Shown here piece after piece: positions 39,152 to 53,186 of a stretch of 64,000 bases of DNA. A model generated the notes under the pieces. The model was not told where the DNA came from and ran no database searches. It saw only the letters and a list, made by a program, of their open reading frames with translations. Each line of letters begins with the position of its first letter. Position 1 is the stretch's first letter. Source of the stretch: Heterodontus francisci (Eukaryota); NCBI RefSeq assembly GCF_036365525.1, contig NC_090371.1:120294388-120358387 (forward strand), read 5' to 3'. The position numbers and the translations under genes are program-made.

Positions 39152-39896
39152 CTTCTTTGGCCTCCTTATCTCGAGAGACAATGTGTAAGCGCCTGGAGGT
39201 GGTCATTGGTGTGTGGAGCAGCGCCTGGAGTGGCTATAAAGGCCAATTCTAGAGTGACAGGCTCTTGCACAGGTGCTGCAGAAAAATTTGTTTGTCGGGG
39301 CTGTTACACAGTTGACTCTTCCCTTGCGCCTCTGTCTTTTTTCCTGCCAACTGCTAAGTCTCTTCGACTCGCCACACTTTAGCCCCGCCTTTATGGCTGT
39401 CCGCCAGCTCTGGCGAACGCTGGCAACTGACTCCCACGACTTGTGATCAATGTCACAGGATTTCATGTCACGTTTGCAGACGTCTTTAAAGCGGAGACAT
39501 TGACGGCCGATGGGGCTGATACCAGTGGCGAGCTCGCTGTACAATGTGTCTTTGGGGATCCTACCATCTTCCATGTGGCTCACATGGCCAAGTCATCTCA
39601 AGCGCCGCTGACTCAGTAGTGTGTATAAGCTGGGGATGTTGGCCGCCTCGAGGACTTCTGTGTTGGAGATACGGTCCTGCCACCTGATGCCAAGTATTCT
39701 CCGGAGGCAGCGAAGATGGAATGAATTGAGACGTCGCTCTTGGCTGACATACGTTGTCCAGGCCTTGCTGCCATAGAGCAAGGTACTGAGGACACAGGCT
39801 TGATACACTCGGACTTTTGTGTTCCGTGTCAGTGCGCCATTTTCCCACACTTGGCCAGTCTGGACATAGCAGTGGAAGCCTTTCCCATGCGCTTGT
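39152..39896 (-). mobile_element. Young RTE 3' fragment in intron 1
   Basis: Near-identical to the reverse complement of about 11650-12395. Confidence 0.93.
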
Positions 39897-40044
39897 ACTT
39901 AGAATACTGTATATAGCTATGGTTGCTGCAGTAAAGGATGGATATTGCAGCTATTGAAAGGATAAGGAAGAGGATAACCAGGATTAAGGAGGGGCTGAAT
40001 TATAAAGTGATTATGCAAACTGGGCATGTTCTCAACACCAGCTT

Positions 40045-40320
40045 GTATTTATGTAGCATCTTTGATGTAATAAATCATCCCAAAGCATTTGTTAGGAACA
40101 TTATCTTTTAGAAAAGACACCAAACCACAAGGAAATATTAGGACAGATGCCCAAGGAGTAAGGTTTTAAGAAGTGTCTTAAAGGAGGAAAATGAGGTAGA
40201 GAAATGGAGAGGTGTCAGGAGGGTATTCCAGAACTTGTGGCCTAGGCAGCTGAAGGCAAGGCCGTCAGTGGTGGAGCAATTAAAATTGCAGATGCTCAAG
40301 AGGTCAGAGTTAGAGGAACT
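40045..40320 (-). mobile_element. L2-type LINE 3' fragment
   Basis: Remnant AFSCLGHKFWNTL..SSFKTLLKT and an L2-like tail. Confidence 0.65.
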
Positions 40321-41182
40321 CACTGGAAAAGAAAAGGTTGAGGTGATAGGACTGCTGTTTTTAGGATTCTAAAGGGATAAAATTATGTACAGAATGACCA
40401 GCTGTTTCATCTTGTCCAGAGCAGTTGAACTTGAGGACACTAGCTACACTTGAAGGGGGGTAAATTCAAATTCTGCAGAAACATTAGTTCAGTAAGCAAG
40501 CGGTAATTCTATTGGACAGGCTCCATAGGAAGATGGTGGAAATGGATATTGTTGATTAATGCAATGTGCGATACAACATGTATGTGGCAAGAGTAGCATT
40601 CCTAGGAGGTATAGGTGACTTTGGACCTGTAGTTACCAAAGTTTTCTACCACTGGAGGCTTTTCTTGCCTCATGTCTAGTTCTATTGTAGATTTAATTGA
40701 TAGCGATTGATTTCCACAATTTTGTTATATTGTGCAACTTTCAGGATGGTCAATGGACTCTGGTCTTTTCTAGTCTAGCAATTCCTATGTTGATCGCTTG
40801 CCATCTGAAGTAGTGTTTTAACCTGTCCTGAACATGCATGCATCTTCCTATACTGCAAATGCACTAGCTTAACAGTGATGAGTAAGTGCAACTGTAGAGT
40901 ATGGATCTCAAATTTTACCATATGGTTGCTAGAAGCACATAGATATGAGAAAAGTTGTACCAGGACTTCAATGGCCAAGTAAGGTTTCCCATAGCTTAAT
41001 CCAACCTCTGAGTCAATAAATTATGATCATTAATATATTTAAACTTTTACATAGAAGGGAGAGTTCCACACAACGCGCAAGCAGTGCGAGAAGCCTTGTC
41101 ACTGGTGTTCTCTGCTGAAACTTCTTGGTACAGAATGCTGATAGTCAATTTGTATTTTGAGTGTCTGACCTTTTTTTTTTAG

Positions 41183-41298
41183 AACCCAGTGACGCCCTAC
41201 AGAGCTACAGGGCTGATTCATATGCAGGTCTTCAACTCTTCAGAGAAGCTATTGAAGATATGGAAGCAGGGTGTTCAAGAAGGCCTGCTTGGCCAGAG
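41183..41298 (+). CDS. LONRF1: LONRF1-like coding exon 2 (TPR)
   Basis: poly-T ag|; PSDALQSYRADSYAGLQLFREAIED..WPE; |gtaggc; phase 1 to 0. Confidence 0.92.
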
Positions 41299-41544
41299 GT
41301 AGGCAAGATTGTGTATTTCATAGTTAAGGGGAAACTGCAGTCTTGCCCAATCCTAATTAATTTAGTGATCAAACTAATTTTTTCCATCATCTCTCCTTAT
41401 CCACAATCTTATCATAGTTGAATCCTGTACTTTGACCCTTAATCTACATTTCTTATAAATCGAAATTTTACAAGGACACTTAATGCAGTACTTCTTCAGT
41501 TCCTTTCTTTTGTGAGCCATTGAACAAAATCCCATCTGTGGCTT

Positions 41545-42390
41545 CAAAGGGATTCAGACAGACTTAGTGAGTGGGCAAGAACATGGCAGATGGAATATAA
41601 TATGGAAAAATGTGAGGTTATCCACTTTGGTAGGAGGAATAGATGTGCAGAATATTTCTAAAATGGTAAGAGATTAGAAAATGTAGATGAATAAAGGGAC
41701 CCGGGTGTCCTCGTCAATAAGTCACTGAAAGCTAACATGCAGGTGCAGCAAGCAATTAGGAAGGCTAATGGTATGTTAGCCTTTACCACAAGAGGATGAG
41801 AGTACAGGAGTAGCGAAGTTTTGCTTCAGTTGTATAGAACCTTGGTTAGACTGCACCTGAAGTACTGTGTGCTGTTTTGTCCCCCTTAGGAAGGATATTA
41901 TTGCTGTAGAGGGAGTCCAATGGAGGTTCACCAGACTTGTTCCCGGGATGGTGGGACTGTCGTATGAAGAGAGACTGGGGAAACAGGGCCTGTATTCTCT
42001 AGCGTTTCGAAGATTGTGAGGTGATCTCATTGAAACCTACAAAATACTGAGATAGACCGGGTAGATGCAGCTAAGTTTCCCCTGGTTCAGGAGTCTAGAA
42101 CCAGGGGACACCATTTCAAAATAAGGGCAAGCCACTTAGGACTGAGGTGAGGAGAAATTTCTTTACTCAGAGTGTTGGGAATCTTGAGTATTCTACCCCA
42201 GAGGGCTGTGGAAGCTCAGTCATTGAGTGTGTTTAAGTAGAGATTGACCTATTCTAAATACAAATGACATGAAGGGATATGGGGATAATGTGGGAAAAAG
42301 GCATTGAGTTGGATGATCAGCCATGATCATACTGAATGGCGGAGAAGGCTCGATGGGCTGAATGGCCTACTGTTCCTATGTCCCTATGTT
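41545..42390 (+). mobile_element. CR1 3' fragment in intron 2
   Basis: WQMEYN..KCEVIHFG through to the tail ggctgaatggcctact. Confidence 0.85.
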
Positions 42391-42949
42391 TCTGCCTATT
42401 CTGGTAGTTTAGGTGGACATGGTAATATTGAAGGAAGAGTGGAAAGTTTGTTCTCCTAGTGTCCTATGCACATATTGATGTTTGCTTTTACCCATGTAAC
42501 AGAAGTAACTCCAATTCAAAGTGGTTCATTTGGAACATTTGAAACATAAGTAAAATGCAAGTACTTTGTTTCTCCATCTCCCTCGTGTACCTACTGTGTC
42601 CAAATTGGAAAGGTTTTTGTTTTTCAGTGCTAATATCCCTGTCCTCATTGAATACAAAAAAACCTTTAATCTTTAGGCATTAGTAAAGCCCAATTTTAAA
42701 CTCCATTGAATCTGCATTAGCCTGATCCCTGTTTTAAAGTGCAAAAAAAAAGCATCACATTCGATGTTAATATGCTTGCTAGTGCTATAAAATTCTTTGC
42801 ATTTGTTTCACAAGTAATTTAAGAATTGTGTTTTCACTGTGCACAGCAGATGGGTAAGAGCCGTTCTGGAACAACTATTTTTATAACGTAATTAAAAAAA
42901 AAACTATTTGGATTGCCTTAAAAGGTAGCGTCAGGGTTGCATGCGAATA

Positions 42950-44026
42950 CAAAAGCAAAGTACTGTGCATGCTGGAAATCTGAAATAAAAACAGAAAATG
43001 CTGGAATTACATAGCAGGTCTGGTAGCATCTGTGGAGAGAAAAGCAGAGTTAATGTTTCAGGTCTTTGACCTTTTCATCCGAACTGGGGAAAAGTTAGAA
43101 ATAGGTTTTGAGCAAATTAAAGGGGGGGAGTTGAGAAAAAAGAACAAAAGGGAAGGTCTGTGATAGGGTGAAGGGCAGGACAGATTAATTGACAAGTTTC
43201 ATGGTGCTAGGCCAAGCGGGGTCGTAATGGGACAAAAAGCAAAAGATGCGTCCACAGGAGGTGTGACTGACTGACAGGATGGCTCCTGTCCAAATGCACA
43301 ATAAAGGAAATGAGAGGAAAATCAAACCAGCAAAGAAACACAAAACAAAATTATTGAACTCAAATGTTGAGTCTGGAAGTCTGTAAAGTGCCCAGTTCAA
43401 AGATGAGGGGCTTGTGTTGAGCTTCACTGGAACACTAGCAGTCCAAGGACAGAAAGGTCAGTGGCAGCAAGTTGGAGAATTAAAATGAATGGCGACTTGA
43501 AGCTCAGGGTCAAGCTTACGCACTGAATGTTGATATGAAAAGTGGTCATCCAGTCTGTTTGCCCGCACCCCCCCCACCGCCAAGTGTGGTTGTCTTTACA
43601 TTTTTTGGTTCTTCCACTGCAAAGGGCACTGATTTTTAAGGTGGTTGGAAAAAAAAGTAACTGATATGAGGCAAAACTTTTTTATGCAGTAGTGAGTGAT
43701 TAGAATCTAGATTGCACTGTCTGAGAAGTGTGGTGGAGGAAGATTCAATCGAGGCCTACAGAAGAGAACTGTATAATTTCTGAAGAAAAAATTGCAGGGC
43801 TACAGGACAAAGGCATGGGAATGGGACTAGGTGAATTGTTCTTGTAGAGAGTTGGCACAGACGCATTGGGCCACATGGCCTCCTGTGTTGTAACCATTCT
43901 GATTCTATTACATTTCTAACTTTTCCCAATTCTGATGAAAGGTCACAGACCTGAAATGTTAACTCTTTTTCCACAGATGCTGCCAGACCTGCTGAGTATT
44001 TCCAGCATTTTCTGTTTTTATTTCAG
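42950..44026 (-). mobile_element. Penelope-like element remnant with inverted terminal repeats; CR1 tail (43620-43905) inside
   Basis: 42950-43100 and 43910-44026 are inverted copies; degraded GIY-YIG C-terminus (HFNS..LGTL..EFNNF) on the minus strand at 43345-43555. Confidence 0.75.
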
Positions 44027-44194
44027 GATTGCATGGTTAAGTTGAAATTGTAATCTGGGCAAAGTTACCATAAAGCTGATCATTTGTTCAAGTTCACATG
44101 TAAATGTGTCTTGTACTGCATTTAAAACAACTGTGTCCATGTTAATTCACCCCCTAGGATGATGGGAAGTTTTCATTCATAATTGATACAACGC

Positions 44195-45490
44195 GGTGAG
44201 GTGAGAGTTACTGCCCTTGATATCAAGGCAGCATTTGAGTGAGTGTGGCAAAAAGGAGTCCTAGCAAAATTGAAATCAGGGGGGAAACTCCACTGACTGG
44301 AGTCATACATAGGAAGTCACTGACTGGAGTCATACATCCACAAAGGAAGGTAGTTTTGGTTTTTGGAGGCCAAACATCTAAGCCCTAGGACATCGCTGTA
44401 GGAGTTCCTCAGGGTAGTGTACTAAGCCCAAACATCTTCAGCTGCTGCATCAATGGCCTTCCTTCAGTCAGAAGTGGGGGTGTTTGCTGATGATTGCACA
44501 GTGTTCAGTACCTTTCGTGACTCCTCAGATACTGAAACAGTCCATGTCCACATGCAGCAAGACCTGGACAACATTCAGGCTTGGGCTGATAAGTGGCAAA
44601 TAACATTCGCACCACACAATTGCCAGGCAATGACCATATCCAACAAGAGAGAATCTAACCGTCTCCCCATGAAATTCAACAGCATTATAATCGCTGAATT
44701 CTCCCACCATCAACATCCTGGGGGTTACCATTGACCAAAACCTAACTGGTCCAGCCCTATAAATACTGTGGCTGCAAGAGCAGGTCAGAGATCAGAAAAG
44801 TAACTCACTTCCTGACTCCCCAAAGCTTGTCCACCATCTAGAAGGCAAAAGTCAGGAATGTGATGGTAATTTATAGAAATTTACAGCACAGAAGCAGGCC
44901 ATTCACCCTATGTTTGTGCACTGATATGCTCTTGAAATTACCTGGGGCTGAATTTTCCCAGCCCCTTGGAGATGGGTTTGGAAGCGGGGACGGCAGGGAA
45001 AGTACTAGGAAGCCTCTCCAATTGTGTGGAGGGTTCACACCATCCAGAACAAAGTGGTTTGTTTAATCAGCACCCCGATTCACCACCCTAAACATTCATT
45101 GCCTCCACCACACTGGCGCAGAGTGGCAGAAGTATGTATCATCTACAAGATGCACTGCAGAAACTTGCCCAGCCTCCTTCAACTGCACCTTTCAAATCCA
45201 TGACCTTTACCACCTAGAAGGACAAGGGCAGTAGATGTATGGAGACATATCAACTGCCAATCCCCCAAAGCCACACACCATCCTGACTTGGAACTATATT
45301 GCCATTCCATCACTGTCGCTGGGTCAAAATCCTGGAACTCCCTTCCTAACAGCACTGTGGGTGTCCCTACACCACATGGAGTGCAGCGGTTCAAGAAAGC
45401 ACTCACCACCACCTCGAGGGCAATTACAGATGGGCAACAAATGCTGGCCTTGCCAGTGACACACTCAATCCATGAAAGAGTTTAAAAAAC
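44195..45490 (+). mobile_element. Old 5'-truncated copy of the 13606-type LINE with a small insertion (about 44868-45065)
   Basis: GVFADDCTVF..WQITFAPHNC and the shared 3' tail. Confidence 0.85.
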
Positions 45491-47111
45491 TAACACATTT
45501 GACTTTTTAATTCTTTTTGGGTGACGGGCAGTTAAATGCATGACTCTCTGGGTTTTACCATGCCAAGGATTGTTGCTAAAAGTCTAACCACAGTTTTTCC
45601 TTAAATCTCATATCCCCATTAGGTTTCATGATTCAGTTGGTCACATTTTCTTCATGTAAAGAAGTTAGCTAATGCATGATTTAATTAGTCTGCAAATGCT
45701 AAAAACAAGACCAGTGATGGTAATTCAGTTATGACTCAAACTCAAATTGTGGATGGGGTTCAATGCTGTGTATTGAAAGATTATTATGTGATGGTAAATT
45801 AAGGGGACAAATATGCTGTCTGTTTAAAGAAAGGATCTTAATATCCATTCAACCTTTAAGAACTGAACAGGTTTCTCCTTCCATTTTTTTTTGTCTCAAT
45901 TTAAATGGAATGTTTATGACTTGAGTGGCACTGGGAGGATTTATTGAAGTCATGATGTAAAGCAGTTGAGTTGATCATTTACCCCACTATTTGTTTTCTA
46001 GTTTGTTGCTTCAGGTATCTAGGCACTAAATTCCTTCCAGCCACCTTCCTAATATTTATACTTGATTTAGATAAATACTTCATAGATTAAAAATTAATTT
46101 TAATATCCATGTAACTTTTTAAAGATACTGTTTATAATGGCACAAATTTTCCATGTGTTGATACTGTAACATTTATGCCCATATGTAGATTGTTCAAATT
46201 CAAATAGGGGCAAAATAATCCAATAAACATTAGAAAAATATTACATGGTGACTGAATTGGAGTGGAAGCATACTGTGGCAGATAGGATCTGGGTTCAGAG
46301 GCATGAGTCTTGCAAGTTCCTGACCTTCGCTGCAGTGTCAGGGAAAGGGACCATCCAAAGGCCAGGCATCTCTGCAAGGAAAAAAAATGAACATATGTGA
46401 TTCCTCATATCCTACACTTGTGTACCTCCTAAGGCATTTAGAAAGGCTTGGCAATAGATTACCTCTTGTTTCACCAGGCAGACAACAGATGAAAAAAAAA
46501 AGTTTTGGTGGTGGGGGGAGGGGTTTGGTGTCGTGGAAAAGGAAGAAAACGTTTTATATGAGTAGCATGAGGCTTATTTAAAAATGCACTCCCATTTCTG
46601 GACTAACCCAGAAATTGAGCTCATATTGTGAAATTGAATTTGTAGTTCTTGGTCTTGCAGCAGAAAATTACTATGAAAACTATTGAGTTGTCATTTTTTA
46701 AAAAAGACTAATGTTCTTCCAGAGAGGGAACCTGCCATCCTTAGCTAGTCTGGGCTACATGTTGTGGTTGGCTTTTACTGCCCTGAGGGAACTAGTTATG
46801 GATAATTACTGGCTGCCAGTAATGCCCACATTCCAAGTACAAGCTATTAAAAAGTTCAAGTAAAACCTAAATTAATATACCTAAGCATTTTGTGCTGTGT
46901 GGTGAATGAGATAACAGCAAAACTAAAAGTGAGTCTGAGCTTTCTATTCCATTGTGATTGTGTATGCTGCAATATTCAGTGATCAGTTTTCACGGTTTAA
47001 CGTGATCTTCAGGATTCAATCTTTCCAACGTTTTTGCCAATATTGATTTTGTGCTAATACATTCAATTCCTCTCAGCTATTTAATACTAACGAAATCTTG
47101 TTGTGAATCAG

Positions 47112-47340
47112 CAGATGTCAAATGTGCCAAAAACTGCAGAGGGAGAATTAGCATGCCTGAGTCGGACCCAGTCGATTCAGTTGCTACCTAGGGTGGAGAA
47201 CCTTGTTGGTTTGAAAAGGGTTTCTTCGGCTCCACTGCTTTCACGTCAAGAGAAGGCAGTTCTAATGAAAAGAAAGCTGTCTTTCAGTGATCAAGAAATA
47301 AAAGAGACTGGTAATGGAAAGAAGAAACACCAAAAGCAGG
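47112..47340 (+). CDS. LONRF1: LONRF1-like coding exon 3 (linker)
   Basis: LSRTQS..LKRVSSAPLLSRQEKAVLMKRKLS; branch point TACTAAC 47085-47091; alternative start 47115; donor g|gtcagt. Confidence 0.88.
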
Positions 47341-47924
47341 GTCAGTTACTAATTGAACCTTGTAATGCTAGTTTGCAAAACTGTTACACTGTTTTAGTTA
47401 ACTCTAAACCCAAAGCTCAACTATTTAAGAAAAATGAGTAAAAGTAATTTATACACTACTTTTCCCATACCAGAATTATTGCTGCTTAATGGAAGTGATT
47501 TTAATATTTCTTGTGCTTCAGGTAACTATTGACTAACATCATTAAGGTGGGGGGGGGGTTCTCCTTTTTGTATTTACAGGATATTTTTTAAAAAATAGAT
47601 TCTATTTTATTACTATGAGGATTTATTATGGAGAAGTGCTGAGTGTTTGTGCTCTCAATGTCAAGCCTAGCACTCCTAATCTGGGATAATTGAATTGTGC
47701 TGCTATAAAGACGGTTCTCTGAAATGAAGACTTAAGTAAATGTTTTATTAAAAAAAAAAGTGGTTTGCACTATTTAATTCCACTCTGTATTGTCACAAAA
47801 CGGTCCTTTTAAGTAACAAAAGTGATCTACTCCTGTGACCAAATTGGGAATATTTCTCTGTGGGTAATGAGCATTTTATTTTTCATTTTATAAAGTTTCT
47901 TTCTTAAAATGCACCTTTATTCAG

Positions 47925-48018
47925 ATACTGAACAACTGTTCCATTCGTCAAGTTCTGAGAAAACAATAACTAAGGATCTAGTAGATGCATCAGATTTTGA
48001 GTGTTCTCTTTGTATGAG
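47925..48018 (+). CDS. LONRF1: LONRF1-like coding exon 4 (start of RING 2)
   Basis: DLVDASDFECSLCMR; ttcag| and |gtaaga; phase 1 to 2. Confidence 0.93.
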
Positions 48019-48888
48019 GTAAGAAAACATTCTGTTGGAATGCAAATATGCACCAGAATTAACCCTGAGAAATATCTCTCCCTGTGCTGGTTGTTCTAAG
48101 TTTTCAGCTCCTGCATCAATACTAAATGGGTTCAAATAAAGGGGTAGCTTTATTACAGTAATAGCAACCACACTAAACTAAAATACTTGGATAACTTAAT
48201 GTTAAAAAAAATCCCTTTCACCTGGTCTAATTTAACTTGTTCAGGTAGGTTTTCTGGGTTGCAATTACAAGGTGGCTTGTACTTCTTGGCTTTAGTTGAA
48301 AATTGTTTTAGAAGTTTGACCTATTCTCTTTTTTTTTTTCCTCTCCCCCCCCCCCCCCCCCCCCTGTTTTCACTTTCATTTTATTTCTTTAAAACCCCCT
48401 TGTTTCCTTTTTTATTACCTGCTAGCCTTTTCACATTCCCTTTCAGCCCCTCCAGTTTACTTTTTCGCATCCCTGCTATATTTTCTATATTAATAATAAT
48501 CTGTTTATCATGAAACTCTATGCATTGCATGCTTTTTTGCATTAAAATATACCTTTGTGCACAATTCATCTCCTGTTTGAAGATTTCCTATTCCTGATGG
48601 GTCAACCCGTTGGCTAACCTTTTTGCTCAGTTATTTGGACCAGATTCTTTCTTATCTCTCTGAACTTTGCCATTTTTCCATTCAGCACCCTTATTTTTGA
48701 CTGCATTATTTGTGCTTTTGCAATTATTCTCTAACACTCATGCCAAATATTTGTTGTATTTCATTTCCCAGTACTTCAACAATTCTTGTTTCTTTGGACT
48801 GGAAACTTGCTGATCTGAGAAGGAGCCCTGGATGCATTCTAAAAAGCATTCTGTCTTTAACCACATACATTATGTATTCACTCAAGCC

Positions 48889-50281
48889 TTTATTTATTCT
48901 TTCATGGGATGTGGGCATTGCTGGCAAGGCCAGCATTTGTTGCCCATCCCTAATTGCCCTTGACAACTGAATGGCTTGCTTGGCCATTTCAGAGGGCAGT
49001 TAAGAGTCAACTTCATTGCTGTGGGTCTGGAGTCACATGTAGGCCAGTTGGCAGGCACTAAATAGTAGAGTGCCATAAGGATCTGTGCTGGGGCCACAGT
49101 TATTTACAATTTATATTAATCACTTAGATGAAGAGACAGAGTAATGTATCTAAGTTTGCTGATGATACAAAGGTAGGTGGAAAGATAAGCTGTGGGAAGG
49201 GCACAGTCTGCAAAGACAGGTTAAGAGAGTGGGCAACAAGATTGCAGATGGAGTATAATGTAGGGAAGTGTGAAGTTATGCACTTTGGTCGTAAGAATAG
49301 AAAAGCAGAATATTTTTTGAAAAGTGTGAAACTGGTCCATGTTCAGAGAGACTTGGGTGTGCTTGTACATGGAATGCAGAAAGTTAACATGCAGCTACAG
49401 CAAGCAATTAGGAAGTCAAATGGAATGTCGGCCTTTATTGCAAGGGGATTGGAGTACAGGACTAAGGAAGCGTTGCTACAATCGTACAGGGTTTTGGTGA
49501 GACCACATCTGGAATACTATGGGAAGTTTCAGTCTCCACATTTAAGAAAGGATGTTCTTGCATTGGAAGCAGTGCAGCAAAGGTTCACAAGATTGGTCCC
49601 TGGAATGAGGGGCTTGTCCTATGAGAGACTAAGTAAATTGGGGCTATATTCTCTGGAGTTTAGAAGGATGCTAGGCGATCTCATTGAAGCATACAAGATT
49701 CTGAAGGGGCTGGATAGGGTAATCACAGAGATTATTTCTGCTGGTCTGGGAATCTAAAACACGGGGGCACAGTCTCAGGATAAGGGACCAATCATTTAGG
49801 ACTGAGATGAGGAGAAATTACGTCACTCAAAGGGTTGTGAATCTTTGGAATTCTCTACCCCAGAGGGTAGTGGATGCTCCATTGTTGAATACATTTAAGG
49901 CCTGGATAAACAGATTTTTGGTGTCTCAGGATCAAGGGATATGACGAGCAGGCGGGAAAGTGGAGTTGAATCCTAAGATCAGCCATGATGGTTTTGAATG
50001 GTGGAGCAGGCTCGATGAGCCATATCATCTGCTGCTGCTCCTATTTCTTGTGTTCTTGTGTAAAGACAGCAGATTTCCTTCCCTGAAGGACATTAATGAA
50101 CCTGTTGGGCTTTTATGACAGTTGACAGTCTCAATAGTGGTGCATGAAACTAGCTTTCAATTCCAGATTATTAATTAATTGAATGTATTAATTTTAAATT
50201 CCACCAGCTACCGTGGTGAGATTTTAGCCTGGGCCTCTAGATTACTAGTCCAGTGACATTACCACTGCACCACTGTGTCCC
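48889..50281 (-). mobile_element. tRNA-headed SINE (13606-LINE related) interrupted by a + strand CR1 fragment (about 49056-50060)
   Basis: SINE tail and core at 48889-49055 resume at 50061 (taaagacagcagatttccttcc) and run to the head ccactgcaccac; CR1 ORF 49128-49757. Confidence 0.85.
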
Positions 50282-50920
50282 TGTTAGTACAGTTAAATCA
50301 CCCAACATTGTTGCCCTGCTGCACATCTCTGAACTCTCAGTAGATCTCCACCTCTGTTTCACTGTTTGACCTGTAATGCTTGAGGAGAATTATACCATAG
50401 CCCTTTTCAATTCTATCCATATGGATTCGGTCTTAACGCAACCCAGAATATCCTTTCATTCTACTGATGTGATGTAATCCTTCAGTGACTTTTCCCTCCC
50501 ATAACTATTTTTTTCCTGTAGCTTTTCTATTGTTAGAACCAGGAATGTTACGTTTCAGCCCTGTCCAAACTTGAGCCACATCATAGTTCTATTCTTCTAT
50601 AGTTATCAAATATCCAGTTTTGAAAGCTTGTGCATTCACATGCATACCACTCAATCCTGACTCCAGTTTTCTTTGAAACATTGTCTTTTGCTCTCTTTTT
50701 AATTTTTCATAATTCCAGTAGCTCTCCTCAGATGTTTATTTCTTGGTGCCTTCTTTCCTTTTCTCCTGATAATGTCTCACTTGATTTTCAACTTACGACG
50801 TTCATATGGAGCTGCTTTTTTTTGAAAGAATTTGCCTTTTATATATTATGATTTCAGTCAGCACTTGTGGTTGTGTTTTTAATACTTTGACTTATTGCAG
50901 CTCCCCATATAATATATTAA

Positions 50921-51088
<168 letters not shown>

Positions 51089-52491
51089 TAATTTTATAAT
51101 GGTCATTGTTTGACATTAACAGAAGAATTTCATTTTAAAAATTTAATATTTCTAGACAACACGCAAATTTAATTTGGAGTGTAACATGAAATGCTTGATA
51201 AATATTACAGGCCGCCCCCCACCCCCCAAATTAATTTTCACCAGTTTGATGAATCCTTTAATGACAGTAGAAGACTGCCATTTTAAGATTTATCTCCTAG
51301 TCAACAAAAGTCATCTTTGCTTTCTTCATTAGATGATTTTGAACTTCATGCTCTGGACCAGAGCTGTCAAACTGCTGAATTTGAAAAGTCATGAAGTGTT
51401 GCTGTCCATACCTTTAACTTTTTTCCTGTGCTTTTCAAGCAGACGGATCCTCATGTAGGATGGAACATATCCTTGTAGCATCAAGCACTCCTAGGTCAGG
51501 TCTAATTGTCTGATGCAGAGTAAACCTCCCTCTACTATTCATCGGCTAACAATTGAAGAGCAACCCCTGTTGCGCCAGTATATTTTTGTTTCCCACGCTA
51601 GCATCCCAATGAGATTGGCATTATTGTGCTGTATTGTATCTGGGGCAGTGTTATGCTGTAAACTTGTAATGCACTAGAAGTTGACTTGGGTCTGCTCAAA
51701 CTTATTTCACAAAGGCTCTGTCTGTTGTAAGAGTGCCTTCATGCTGTCTTGTCTTGGCTGGATTTGAACCTAGGTGTAAAGCCAATTGTTCTCCATTGTC
51801 ATCCAATACACTCAGTTTTCTGCCTATAGCTTTTTTTTTCCAGCCGTTCTAAAGAATAAGAGTAATCCTTTTCAGTTTGCATTTTAAGAAGCTCAAGCAA
51901 ATTAGCCTGAAATCTGTATTGGCATTTGATAATGAACTTGTGCTACTGTTCCTTCCAGTCTGTTGCAACTGTAAAATGAACCAGTCTGGGGTACTCTCCT
52001 GGTTCCAGTTGTGAGGAAACTACTGTCCATGGTTAAAATGGCCACTGCAATCAGTGTTCTCATTTGGATTCACTGGGAATCCTATTACCTAAGCACTGGG
52101 GATATTACAGGATATCATTTGCATTCTGATTAGTCAGCAAAACTACTAATCTTGAGAGTTATGGAGAGTTTGGCAGCTCAGTGACTCCCTCTATTTGGTG
52201 TGTCATGTTCCATTCCTACAGCGGTGGAAGACGACCCAGGCTGGCCACAATGCTAGGCATCTCCTTTAAAATGACCAGAGGATTGGTTATTCTAACTACA
52301 ATATGGAATGTATTTTTAAAATGGCAAATGATTAAATTGGCCCTTTTATATAATCGAACAAGTTTTTTTAAATTTATTGCCCATCATTTCCTTCCCCGCT
52401 CAAAATCCTAACACCGTAGTGTAACTGTAGTGAAATTAACAGCTAGTGTTGAATTTAAATTGTGTGTATTCTCTTGGTCCTGACATCTCTG

Positions 52492-52625
52492 CCTTGGTGA
52501 AAGGTCACCGAGCTGAAACGTTAACACACTCTCTCGCTCGACAGATGCGGCCAGACCCGCTGAGTATTTCTAGCATGTTCTGTTTTTATTTCTGATTTCC
52601 AGCATCTGCAGCACTTTGCTTTTAC
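52492..52625 (+). mobile_element. Penelope-like terminal repeat fragment
   Basis: Similar to 24110-24200 and 43930-44026. Confidence 0.7.
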
Positions 52626-52698
52626 TTACCTCTGCCTTAATGATGGATGTATTGCATAAAATAAGAAACCAGGCAATCAAAAGTATCTTTCTGTTTAG

Positions 52699-52820
52699 TA
52701 TCTCGAAAATAGGAAGTATGCTGTCACCTACTTATTGGAAGAAGTGATTGCAAGGTACCTTTCTGAAGAACTGCGTGAAAGGCAAAGGGTTCACAATGAA
52801 GAAACTGCAGAACTTTCAAA
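52699..52820 (+). CDS. LONRF1: LONRF1-like coding exon 6
   Basis: YLENRKYAVTYLLEEVIARYLSEELRERQRVHNEETAELS; phase 0 to 2. Confidence 0.95.
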
Positions 52821-53186
52821 GTAAGTTTCTGTTAATCACAAAATACTTCACACTGCTAGAGTTAAGAATTTAAATAAGTGGTCCAAACAGAATCCCTTTT
52901 GAATTGAGGTAAAGAATAGCAAGGGATTGATATTACTGAGTATTATGGACTGCCAAACTGTATTTAAGAAAAATTGAGAACAATGTTTATTGAGAAATTA
53001 GAGAGGGATTATTGATATTCGTGTCATTATTATAGGAGATTTTAATTATTCAAAAACAGGATGGATTAGGGAATATGTGGTGAGAGAGGTGGTTTTCTCA
53101 GTTAATACAATAAAGGAGATGCTCTTGACCTGGTTTTGGCTAATGAAGCAGAGCAAATATAGATAGGGAACTATTGGGAAATGGTG

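Noticed and set aside
41299-41421. Read-through of exon 2 gives VGKIVYFIVKGKL, resembling the missing human exon start VYFRKGKVL
   Set aside because: The similarity stops after a few residues, a good GT donor sits at 41299 and a stop follows; most likely coincidence, though worth a glance in RNA-seq
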